Assembly (NCBI GenBank): GCA_950097015.1
Contig: CATNEN010000003.1
Location: 11,904,001-11,968,000 of the forward strand
DNA: 64,000 nucleotides
Origin: Macrostomum hystrix
Lineage: Eukaryota > Animalia > Platyhelminthes
Direction: 5' to 3'
A program made the position numbers and the translations under genes. A model generated the notes under the pieces. The model was given only the letters and a program-made list of their open reading frames with translations, was not told where the DNA came from and did not search any database. Positions 39,801-51,800 of the stretch are shown piece after piece. How positions within the stretch are numbered: position 1 is the first letter of the stretch; every line of letters starts with the position of its first letter.

Positions 39801-42800
39801 ATCCCTCACTATCTCATCCCTCACTGTCTCATCCCTCACTGTCTCATCCCTCACTGTCTTATCCCTCACTATCTCATCCCTCACTATCTCATCCCTCACT
39901 ATCTCATCCCTCACTATCTCATACCTCGCTATCTTACATCTCACTATTCCACCCCTGTCCCATCGTTTACTATATCGTTTATCACTAGCTCATACCTCAC
40001 TATCTCATCCCTCACTGTCTCATCCCTCACTGTCTTATCCCTCACTATCTCATCCCTCACTATCTCATCCCTCACTATCCCATACCTCACTATCTTACAT
40101 CTCACTATTCCACCCCTGTCCCATCGTTTACTATATCGTTTATCACTAGCTCATACCTCTCTATCTCTCCATATTATTTTCAAACAAAATATGCATTAAC
40201 CGCTGTTTTTCTACTTTTGCATTTTACAGCGCATTATTGACCCTGTCTTGTATAGTGAAATTAAGTTTAGAAAATGGTCTAATAATATTGCCTTTTTAAT
40301 AAATGTTAATCGTCAAAGTTTGCAGTCCGTCAACGTAGAACGAAGTGTATTTTTAGCTACAGTTCACCATAAACTAGGAAATGTTTCTACGTGCTAATAT
40401 GGTATTTAGGTTTTATTCAAGAAATTAATAAGCTACTTCGCATAAAATCTTTCCTAAAATTTATTACATTTATTACATATATATTTATATGTTTATTACA
40501 TATTAATACAGTATAAAATTATCTTAGTACTTGTACGGGCTTCATGCGTTCCTTTAGGAATATACGAGCTACAAAATTTAATTCTCTAGTATGTGTCGAA
40601 AATGTGGCCATGTCAAATGTGGTTAGTTAAAGTCAGTGTGTTCAGTGTCTGAGGTGAAAAGGTAGTGTCTGAGGGGGTCAGGTAGTGTCTGATGCGGTCA
40701 GGTAGTGTCTAATGCGGTCAGGTAGTGTCTGAGGGGGTCAACTAGTGTCTGAGGGGTCAAGTAGTGTCTGAGGCGGCCAGGTAGTGTCTGAGGGGGTCAG
40801 GTAGTGTCTAATGCGGTCAGGTAGTGTCTGAGTGGGTCAACTAGTTTCTTAGGTGTCAAGTAGTGTCTCAGGCGGCCAGGTAGTGTCTGAGGGGGTCAGG
40901 TAGTGTCTGAGAGGGTCAGGTAGTGTCTGAGTGGGTCAACTAGTTTCTTAGGTGTCAAGTAGTGTCTCAGGCGGCCAGGTAGTGTCTGAGGGGGTCATGT
41001 AGTGTCTGAGGGGGGTCAGGTAGTGTCTGAGGGGGTCAGGTAGTGTCTGAGGGGGTCATGTAGTGTCTGAGGAGGTCAGGTAGTGTCTGAGGATGTGAGG
41101 TAGTGGGATCAGTTTAATTTCACTAATTCCCCAAAGCTTACATGTATATAAGTATTTTTCTCGTACTGTCTCATCACTAGGTTATCCCTAATGTAGGCTT
41201 ATATTGTGCAATGAATTTCAACTCGCAGAGCTGCGAATCCGAACTCGCGACCATTTTTACTACAGCAGTTTAAAAATGAATTAATTGCATTCAGCCCTAA
41301 ATACGCCAACACTGCCCATTTCTCAGACAATGAGAACATTCAACTGTCTAACATTCCCGGCAATGTTGCGCCATCGGGAGCCGACGGTGTCGAAGACGAA
41401 GCGAATAAGCCAAAGAAGAAGATTGCCACAAAGGAGAAAAGCATTCTGCAGGCCAAACTCACCAACTTGGCTATTCGCATCGGCAATGTGGGGTCGGCCA
41501 TCGGCGCCATCACCCTGGCTGTTCTCATCATCAAATACTGCGTGGAGACATTCGCTCAGCCTCCGGTTGGCAATGCTAACTCTTTTGATTTTGCGCGCGA
41601 TTTTAAAAAGCTAATCGATTTCATTGTGATCGCTGTCACAGTCATTGTCGTGGCCGTGCCAGAGGGTCTGCCTCTGGCTGTCACAATATCGTTAGCCTAT
41701 TCCGTCAAGAAGATGATGAACGACAATAATTTGGTCAGACATCTGGATGCCTGCGAGACCATGGGCAATGCGACAGCCATCTGTTCCGATAAGACTGGCA
41801 CTCTGACTACGAACAGAATGACAGTGGTTCAGGCCTTCATTGCCGGTGAGTGTTTTTAGACATTCCTAGTTTATTTCTCAGGTGAGATTTTAAGAATATT
41901 TTTTGGGTTTATGATTTTAGAGGTCTAGCTTTTATTTATAATGTGAGACTTTGAGACCTTCCTGAATCGTTTCTAGGGTGAGATTTTGTGATTCTTTAAC
42001 TGCTGTGTGGGTGAGATTTTGAGATTTTGCTAGTTCGTAAGCTTTGAGCAGTCTTTATTATATGGTAAGCTTCAGTTTAAGATTTTTTATCTTTCCCACA
42101 AAAGTACACACACAGAGAGACAGCTTGCCTAAACATGTATTTACTGTATTTACTATGTATTTGCTCTGTATTTACTCAGACAGATCATCTACTTAACTTT
42201 TGTTTGACCTATTTCGTGTTAAGAAGGCCTTATTAGATCTCTGAGTCGAGTCAAGCCCTGCTGATATTCGATACTTTTTTTATAAACAAAGCAGTCGCGA
42301 TGTTATTACTGATATAATATACAGTATTTCACATAAGGCACTGCAACTGTTACTGTAAGTAGCAATGATTAAAACAGTTCTAAATTTAAGAAATGTTCTT
42401 TTGCCCTTCAGGTGTACACGAGAAGACCATAACAAAAAAGTACGACGATTATCCGGCCTCGCTAAGTGACATTCTTTGTCGAGCTGTTTCTTTGAATAGC
42501 GGCTACACTTCCAGGATTTTGGTGAGTCGAATGAAAGTTGGGCTAGAAGGATATATCTTTTTCGGGTAATTAATAGATCTAGTTCGGTTAGATGGATAGA
42601 TCTAGTTGGGTTAGATGGATAGATCTAGTTGGGTTAGATGGATAGATCTAGTTGGGGTAGATGAATAGATCTAGTTGGGTTAGATGAATAGATCTAGTTG
42701 GGTTAGATGAATAGATCTAGTTGGGGTAGATGGATAGATCTAGTTGGGGTAGATAGACAGATCTAGTTGGGGTAGATAGACAGATCTAGTTGGGGTAGAT

Positions 42801-45800
42801 AGACAGATCTAGTTGGGGTAGATAAATAGATCTAGTTGGGGTAGATAGACAGATCTAGTTGGGGTAGATAGACAGATCTAGTTGGGGTAGATGGTTAGAT
42901 CTAGTTGGGGTAGATAGACAGATCTAGTTGGGGTAGATAGACAGATCTAGTTGGGGTAGATGGTTAGATCTAGTTGGGGTAGACGGTTAGATCTAGTTGG
43001 GGTAGATGGATAGATCTAGTTGGGGTAGATGGATAGATCTAGTTGGGGTAGATGGATAGATCTAGTTGGATATATCTAGTTCGTGTAGATGGATAGATCT
43101 AGTTCGGGTAATTAATAGATCTATTTAGGGTAGATATATTGATTTAGTTAGGTAGACGGATAGATCTCTATTGCTAATCTCTGTTGCATAACACGACTCA
43201 AACCGCCAACCAGCCCGCCGAGAAGCCCAACGAGCTTGCCAAGCAGGTTGGCAACAAAACAGAGTGTGCAATGCTCGGCCTCGTGTTAGACATGGGTCGC
43301 AACTACGATGATTATCGCCAGGAAGTACCGGAAGAAGCCATTCACAAGATCTACACGTTTAACTCGGTGCGAAAGTCAATGTCGACAGTGGTTAAGAGAA
43401 AGTCGGGTGGCGGCTACACCCTGTTCACCAAGGGCGCATCCGAGATGGTCCTCGGCAAGTGTACCTACATTCTGGACGAGACCGGCCAACCGAAGCCTTT
43501 TCACAAAGCTGATCAGGTGAGGATAACCTTCAAGATTATGTGTGCCAGTGATCCACTCTTCCTGTACGTTTCTAGTTTTCTTATTCAGCAGTTTTCACAA
43601 TCCCGCGACTTTCTGTCAGAATCCAATAGTTTCCAGCCGAGATCCAATTATTTCTAGTCAAGATCCAATTATTTCTTGTCAAAATCCCAATATTTCTAGT
43701 CAAGATCCCATTATTTTTTGTCAAAATCCCATTATTTATAGTTAAGTCCCATTACTTCTACTTAAGATCCCATTATTTCTAGTCAAAGTCCCATTATTTC
43801 TAGTCAAAATCTCATTATTTCTAGTCAAAATCCCATTATTTCTAGTAAAAATCCCATTATTTATAGTGAGATCCCCTTATTTATAGTGAGATCCCATTAT
43901 TTCTAGTCAAAATCTCATTATTTCTAGTCAAGATCCCATCAATTTGAGTCAAAATCCCATTATTCTTAGTCAAGATTCTAATTATCTCAGTCCGGATCCC
44001 ATAATTCCCATCATTATCCCATAATCCAATTAGCACAGAAACATTATATTATCTGTAAAGTAACTAGGATAACAAACAAAATCCCATTTCTCAGGATCGC
44101 ATTGTGTCGAGCGTTATCGAGCCCATGGCCAGCAACGGTCTTCGTACCATCTGCATCGCCTACAAAGACTTCGTCCCGGCCGGAGCCAATCCCGGCCCCA
44201 GCGACACCGCCTTCAAAGAGGAGCCCAACTGGGACGACGAGGACTACATTGTCTCCAAGCTGGTGTGCATCGCCATTGTCGGCATCGAGGATCCGGTCAG
44301 GCCGGAGGTGCCGGCCGCTATTCGACAGTGCCAGAGCGCTGGCATCTGCGTCCGGATGGTCACCGGCGACAACGTCAACACGGCCAGGTCCATCGCATCC
44401 AAGTGCGGCATTCTGAAGCCCGGAGAAGACTTCCTGGTGCTGGAGGGCAAGGAGTTCAACAAGCGAATTCGCAACCCGGCCACTGGCCAGGTGTCTCAGG
44501 ATCTGTTCGATAAGGTGCGGCACTGGGGATCTGGACTCTAGTATGAGTAATAATAAAAAATAAGCTCATTAGCATTTTGTTATTTTAGGACTGGGAACAC
44601 ATTGCGTTTAACACTCCTAATTTAATGGTTAGAACTCAATTGTGTTTTCGGAGAGAAATGCGGATTGTTTCCAGGAAATCGAGTCAAGTTATTGGGATTA
44701 TTAATTGGGTTCTGTATTTTTCACTAAGAAATCGATTCCATTTAATAAAATTGGTAATGTGGTTCCGTTGTCTCTAGGAAATGGATTTCATTTATTGGGA
44801 TTAGAAATGTTTCCGTTGTTTCTAGGAAATGGATTCATGTATTGGGATTAGAAATGTGTTTCCGTTGTTTCTAGGAAAGGATATATTTATTTGGGTTAGA
44901 AATGTGTTTCCGTTGTTTCTAGGAAATGGATTCATTTATTGGGATTAGTAATGTGTTTCCGTTGTTTCTAAGAAATGGATATCATCTATTGGGATTAGTG
45001 ATGTGTTTCCGTTGTTTCTAGGATAAGGATTCCAATTTTGGGATTTAGATTAATATTGGGATTACAGTATTTAGGATTGGGATTGCAATTTCTTTGTTTT
45101 CAAATTTAGATTTTGATTCAGGTTTTTTGTTAAATCCTACCCTAAGTCCGTTATAAACTCGTAATTTAGTGCATTATAGTAGTGTAATTACTCGTAGTAG
45201 TGAGATTTGCGGACAATTGAAGTTATTGTTTTATGAGAGTGTTTTCTATTCTCCTCAATAGTCCAATATATTTAAACTCGAAGGTGTGGCCTAGGCTGCG
45301 CGTGCTGGCTCGCTCCTCGCCGCAAGACAAGTACACCCTGGTCTCCGGAATCATCGCATCGAAGATCACGGCCAGTCGAGAGGTTGTCGCCGTCACAGGA
45401 GACGGCACCAACGATGGACCGGCTCTGAAGAAGGCGGATGTCGGCTTTGCTATGGGCATCCAGGGCACGGATGTGGCCAAAGAGGCTTCTGACATCATCC
45501 TGACTGACGATAACTTCTCTAGCATTGTCAAGGCCGTCAAGTGGGGTCGCAATGTCTACGATTCCATTTCCAAGTTCTTGCAGTTTCAACTCACCGTCAA
45601 CGTTGTCGCCGTCGCTGTGGCCGTCTTCAGCTCCTGCGTCATCACCGTGAGTTTTAGAGGCTTCCGAAAAGCCATGCGAATATACACTCGCGCTATGACC
45701 AACCCTATGACTGTGCACATCCTATGACCTACCCTATGACAGTACACTCACCCTATGACTAACCCTATGACTGTTTACACACCCCCTTACCAAACCTATG

Positions 45801-48800
45801 ACCGTACACTCACCCTATGACCAAATATATGACTGTACACCCATGCTATGACCAACCCTATGACTGTAAAATCACCCTATGACGAACCCTTTGGCTGTAC
45901 ACTCATTCTATGACCAACCCTTTGGCTGTTCGCTCGTCCTATGATCATATGACCAACCCTTTGGCTTTACACTCATCCTATGATCCTATGACCAACCCTT
46001 TGGCTGTTCGCTCGTCCTATGATCCTATGACCAACCCTTTGGCTTTACACTCATCCTATGGCCAACCCTTTGACTGTACACCCTCTCCCTGCCAGGACAC
46101 ACCTCTGCGAGCTATTCAGATGCTGTGGGTGAACCTCATCATGGACACCCTGGCCTCCTTGGCTTTGGCCACCGAACTGCCCAGCGATGAGCTGCTAGAA
46201 CGCAAGCCCTACGGCAGAACTAAGCCTCTGATTGACATCCGCATGCTGAGGAATATTGTTGGCAACGCTCTATACCAGCTGGTCATCACTTTCACACTTC
46301 TGTTTGCCGGTTAGTATTTTAATTTCTCAATCTCAATCAAAGTTTTCATTCTTCTTAAAATTAGTAAAGCATATCATGAATCATTTGAATCATTCATTCT
46401 AGGCGACAAGATCATGGACACGCCAATTCAATTCGGAAGCCCTGTACCAACGCAACACTTTACTGCCATTTTCAACGCCTTCGTGATGATGACCCTGTTT
46501 AATGAGATTAACGCCAGAAAGATTCACGATCAGAGGAATGTGTTCTCTGGCATGCAGAGAAACATTATCTTTGTCATCATCTGGTTGACAACCTTTGCTC
46601 TGCAGGTGAGGCTGCTAAATTTCTCGTATTTGTTCTTTTTTATTTTGTTCTCTCTATCTTGGTTGCAATATTTTATTAAAAATAGCATGTTACTGTCTTT
46701 GAACTTTGAAAAAATGCCATTATTAACTTTGTGCCTGCTATGCTGATCATTATCTTCTATTTCATTTTAAAATAGGTAATTTTCCTCTTCATAATCTTAT
46801 AATTAGCCAGTGTCTTTTTGAACTATTAAAATTGGTCATTGCCCTCTTCCTGCTCTCATAATTGGTTATTATCATTTTCCTACTCTCAAAATTGGTCATT
46901 ATCATTTTCCTACTCTCATAATTGTTCATTTTCATTTTCCTACTCTCATAATTGGTCATTGACCTTTTCCTACTCTCATAATTGTTCATTTTCATTTTCC
47001 TACTCTCATAATTGTTCATTTTCATTTTCCTGCTCTCATAATTGGTCATTGACCTTTTCCTGCTCTCATAATTAGTCATTGGCATTTTCCTACTCTCATA
47101 ATTGGTCATTGACCTTTTCCTACTCTCATAATTGGTCATTGACCTTTTCCTACTCTCATAATTTGTCATTGACCTTTTCCTACTCTCATAATTGATCATT
47201 GACCTTTTCCTGCTCTCATAATTGGTCATTGACCTTTTCCTACTCTCAAAATTGGTCATTATCATTTTCCTGCTCTCATAATTGGTCATTGGCATTTTCC
47301 TGCTCTCATAATTGGTCATTGACCTTTTCCCGCTCTCATAATTGGCCATTGACCTTTTCCTACTCTCATAATTGGTCATTGACCTTTTTCTGCTCTCATA
47401 ATTGGTCATTGACCTTTTCCTACTCTCAAAATTGGTCATTATCATTTTCCTGCTCTCATAATTGGTCATTGGCATTTTCCTGCTCTCATAATTGGTCATT
47501 GACCTTTTCCCGCTCTCATAATTGGCCATTGACCTTTTCCTACTCTCATAATTGGTCATTGACCTTTTCCTGCTCTCATAATTGGTCATTGGCATTTTCC
47601 TGCTCTCATAATTGGTCATTATCATTTTCCTACTTTCATAATTGGTCATTATCATTTTCCTACTCTCATAATTGGTCATTGTCCTTTTCTTACTCTCATA
47701 ATTGATGATTGTCCTCTTCGTACTTTCGTAATTCTTCATTATCCTCTTGGTACTTTTAAAATTGGTCATTGTTCCCTTCGAACTTCCTAAATTGGTCATT
47801 TTCCTCTTCGTACTTTTAAAATTGTTCGTTGTCCTCCTACCACTTTTTTAAATTGATCATTGTTCTTTAGTCTAAACCTGAACTTTAAACACAGGTGATC
47901 ATTGTTCAAGTCGGAGGCATGGTGTTTCGCACCAAGGGTCTGGACTTGAGCCACTGGCTCTGGTGTCTCTGCTTTGGCGCTGGATCGCTTGTGTGGCACC
48001 AGGTGAGTTACATTGGTAATGATTCACTTAGAATTGTTCGATACATATCGGCTCATATTTTTCCCACAAATCCCACCCTACGCAAGTTGGTCATCAGTAT
48101 TCCCATCAGCATTCTGCCATCCTGCCTGGAGATTGGCGGCAGTACCGAAGAAGAAATCGAGCACATCCTTGAAGAAGAAGCCCCCGATCAAGCTGGCCAG
48201 CTAGGAGAGGAATCCGATAAGAAGGGCCAGGTGTTGTGGATTAGAGGATTGGCCCGACTACAGACCCAGGTGAGTATAGCTGTGAAATCTGCTCAAAATT
48301 TTACAAAGTGTCAATTGAAATTTATTATTTAATAAATTTTACACCATTTTTACTGTGCCTTAATCGTTTCAAACAAAAAAGCACAGAGTAGCTGTTGTTA
48401 ATTAAAAAGAATTTGTAATTAGTAGGAATGCAAATTAGAAGGTTGTCTTTTTAGATTAGAATTCAACATTTGTATTGTGCGTTTGCCTTGAATAAGTTTT
48501 CCACTGGTTTGGAAATCTAATATATATTGCATTGCATGTAGCTTTACAACTGTTTCTATGCTAATTGTGCCATTGTGCTTCTCAGTCATTAGGCATTTTG
48601 TTTTACTTTTCATCAGTTCTGTATCAGAGTGACTGGGTATCTCTTAAACTCTACGTCAGAAGATTCCGAATCATTTTTATACGCTTTTCAATTTCCAACA
48701 AAAACAATTTCTTTTTATTTTGCGCATTTGTTTATCTTGCTTTTTGATTTGCTTTCATTTCAATGCCATATTCTATACTACTTACTAACATATGAATATT

Positions 48801-51800
48801 TATCATGCATATAATACTTATACTACTACTGTATTGAAGCATCAGTAGTTGTTATAGCGCAGTGTGTTTGCCTTTCTGTGCGCGCTTCGAGAAAAGAATT
48901 TAGAGACGAAAATTGGCTTCCATCTGAATAAGCTGCAGTCCCAGAATGGTCTTTGTGTCTGCAACAGCGCCTGGCTACACTGTTTTATTTAGTCGCGTAA
49001 GTACTATTATTGTGAAAAGTTCTTCTATATGTACTTTTAATTAGTTGGCCTGTTTTAATTTTCTAAGAAATATTTGCACTGCACCCGTTATACTAACTAA
49101 GAATTGGCATTTCCAAATGTTATATCCTGTATTACTAGCAGTAGTATTTAGTCTAGTAGAAAATTAGCTTTATTATTATTTCTTTAATTTGTCAATGTTG
49201 TAAACGTGTTTTAGTTTGTTATTCGTTAAGGCACAATTATTTTTAGTTTTAGTAATAAAAATTATTATTATTTAATACAATTTATAGTATAGGTAATATG
49301 AACAGTGTAGTTTTTCAACTGGCAAATTATCAACTTTCACGTTTCCTTTACTTAACAAAAAGATAATTATCTTTACTTTTTCAGCATTTCATTATCTCAG
49401 TTAATTAAATCACAATTAAAATTCACATTTTTCCTAATTTATTTACTAGTCTAAAAATAGTATTCTTAATAAAATACAGATCAAATAGACTCATCAATCC
49501 TGTTAATCTAGAGTTAAAGTGTAACCGACTAGCAATCAGTCTCATTTTATTTAATATATCTCTTTCCTAAATCTCGCTTCTCACTTAGTTAATCTAGCTA
49601 AGAATTGTTCTTAATTTTCAGTAAAAATATGTTTGCTTTTGTTAGGTATTATTAAATGGCGATCATATGTGTGATAATATATGTTGGCTGCCATAGCGTA
49701 TAAGTCAAATTACTCGAATTACTTCAGCTCCCTGAAGTAGTATAACTGAAGTACTACCTGAAGTAGCTCCCTGAAGTAGCTCCCTGAAGTAGTATAACTG
49801 AGGTTAGACACCAGCTCCCTGAAGTAGTATAACTGAGGTTAGACACCAGCTCCCTGAAGTAGTATAACTGAGGTTAGACACCAGCTCCCTGAAGTAGTAT
49901 AACTGAGGTTAGACACCAGCTCCCTGAAGTAGTATAACTGAGGTTAGACACCAGCTCCCTGAAGTAGTATAACTGAGGTTAGACACCAGCTCCCTGAAGT
50001 AGTATAACTGAGGTTAGACACCAGCTCCCTGAAGTAGTATAACTGAGGTTAGACACCAGCTCCCTGAAGTAGTAGAACTGAGGGTAGACACCAGCTCCCT
50101 GAAGTAGTAGAACTGAGGGTAGACACCAGCTCCCTGAAGTAGTATAACTCAGGGTAGACACCAACTCCCTGAAGTAGTATAACTGAGGTTAGACACCAGC
50201 TCCCTGAAGTAGTATAACTGAGGTTAGACACCAGCTCCCTGAAGTAGTATAACTGAGGTTAGACACCAGCTCCCTGAAGTAGTATAACTCAGGGTAGACA
50301 CCAGCTCCCTGAAGTAGTATAACTCAGGGTAGACACCAGCTCCCTGAAGTAGTATAACTGAGGTTAGACACCAGCTCCCTGAAGTAGTATAACTGAGGTT
50401 AGACACCAGCTCCCTGAAGTAGTATAACTGAGGTTAGACACCAGCTCCCTGAAGTAGTATAACTGAGGGTAGACACCAGCTCCCTGAAGTAGTATAACTG
50501 AGGGTAGACACCAGCTCCCTGAAGGAGGCAAAAGACAGCGCACATTAAAAAAACAAGATAAATAACATGTGTTTGACACCAGCTTTTATCATGCTTTTAT
50601 TCAGTCAACTGTCAACTTAAGTTGATGTACTTTTAATCTCTCTTCAACGATTTGTTTTCCCTAAAAAATCAGCGCCGCATGGTGGACGACATGCGTTCCA
50701 TCGAGCCCTGGATGGCGTCAGCGCTTCGAAGAATCGAAGAACGACGCATGACTATTTCAAGCATCGGCTCCGGATCTGCAGCCGCCACCGCCGCCGCCGC
50801 TGCCAACAGCTCCGCGCCTGGCGCTGCTGTGGTTGCTACGGCGAAGGCTGCTGACGGAAATCGTTTAAAGAGCACCGAGAGAGCTTGAGCAAATGATTCT
50901 TAACCGCCTGTAACTGGACTTGGCAGTCACTCTTCCTCGTCTACTTGCTCTGCCACTCTTCCTCTTCTCCAACCCGCCTGGCTGCGGTAATCCGGTTTTT
51001 ATCCGGCTTCGTCCGGTTTCATCCGTTTTTAGGGGGTTTTCCGGATCAAATAGTTGTTTTATCCGGTTTAGATCCGGAATTTCGTCCGCTTTCTCGTCCA
51101 GTTAAAGTGTACGTACATTTAATCCGGTTTTAGTCCGGAAATTGCTCCGCCTCGTCATCCGGCCTACTCCGGATGGCAACCGGGTGAGATTCCGGAGAAA
51201 CCCCGGATTCTCTTCCGGATGAAGGGGTCATATTTTGAAACTTTGGTCCGGTTTGTAAACTTTTCATCCGGATTTTTACATGTAAATTTGCCATGTGCAC
51301 CGGATGAAACTTCGGATGATGGACCGGGTAAAAACCGGATTACCACAGCCAGGCGGGAATTTGACTTTGTCACCCTCATTTCTCTCACTCGTCCTCTCTC
51401 TTCTCCCTCTCTCCTATCCCTCTCTCCTCTCCGTCTCTCCTCTCCCTCCCTCCTCTCAGTCTCTTTAATCTATCTCTATAAAAAATGTTCTATAAGTTTT
51501 TATAAGAATAACTCAGTAGTGAATCGACCTTCGTTTTCGTCATTAAATCATATGCAGCTTTTAAAAACTCAAATGTTATATTAATTCTTGTTGTAAGCAT
51601 ACATTTTAATTCAGGTTTTTTGTAGTGTATTTTTTCCCATTTTAGATTTTCTAGTCATTTTCTATAACAATTTTTCAACCCCCTTTTTCCTCTGTTGTCA
51701 ATGACAGTTTTCTAGTCAGTAGTATCGTTAAATTAGCTCTCCTTGTACCACATATTCATCGGTATGTTTTACAGTGTAATATTGCAGCTTATTTTCTTTT

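Noticed and set aside
48628-48747. Possible fourth PMCA-1 terminal exon (SDWVSLK...), or read-through VSIAVKS... after 48269
   Set aside because: The composition is intron-like and AT-rich, with no similarity to PMCA tails.
49726-50523. 35-bp repeat that could suggest a CRISPR array
   Set aside because: The units are head-to-tail with no unique spacers, there are no cas genes, and the context is a eukaryotic intron.
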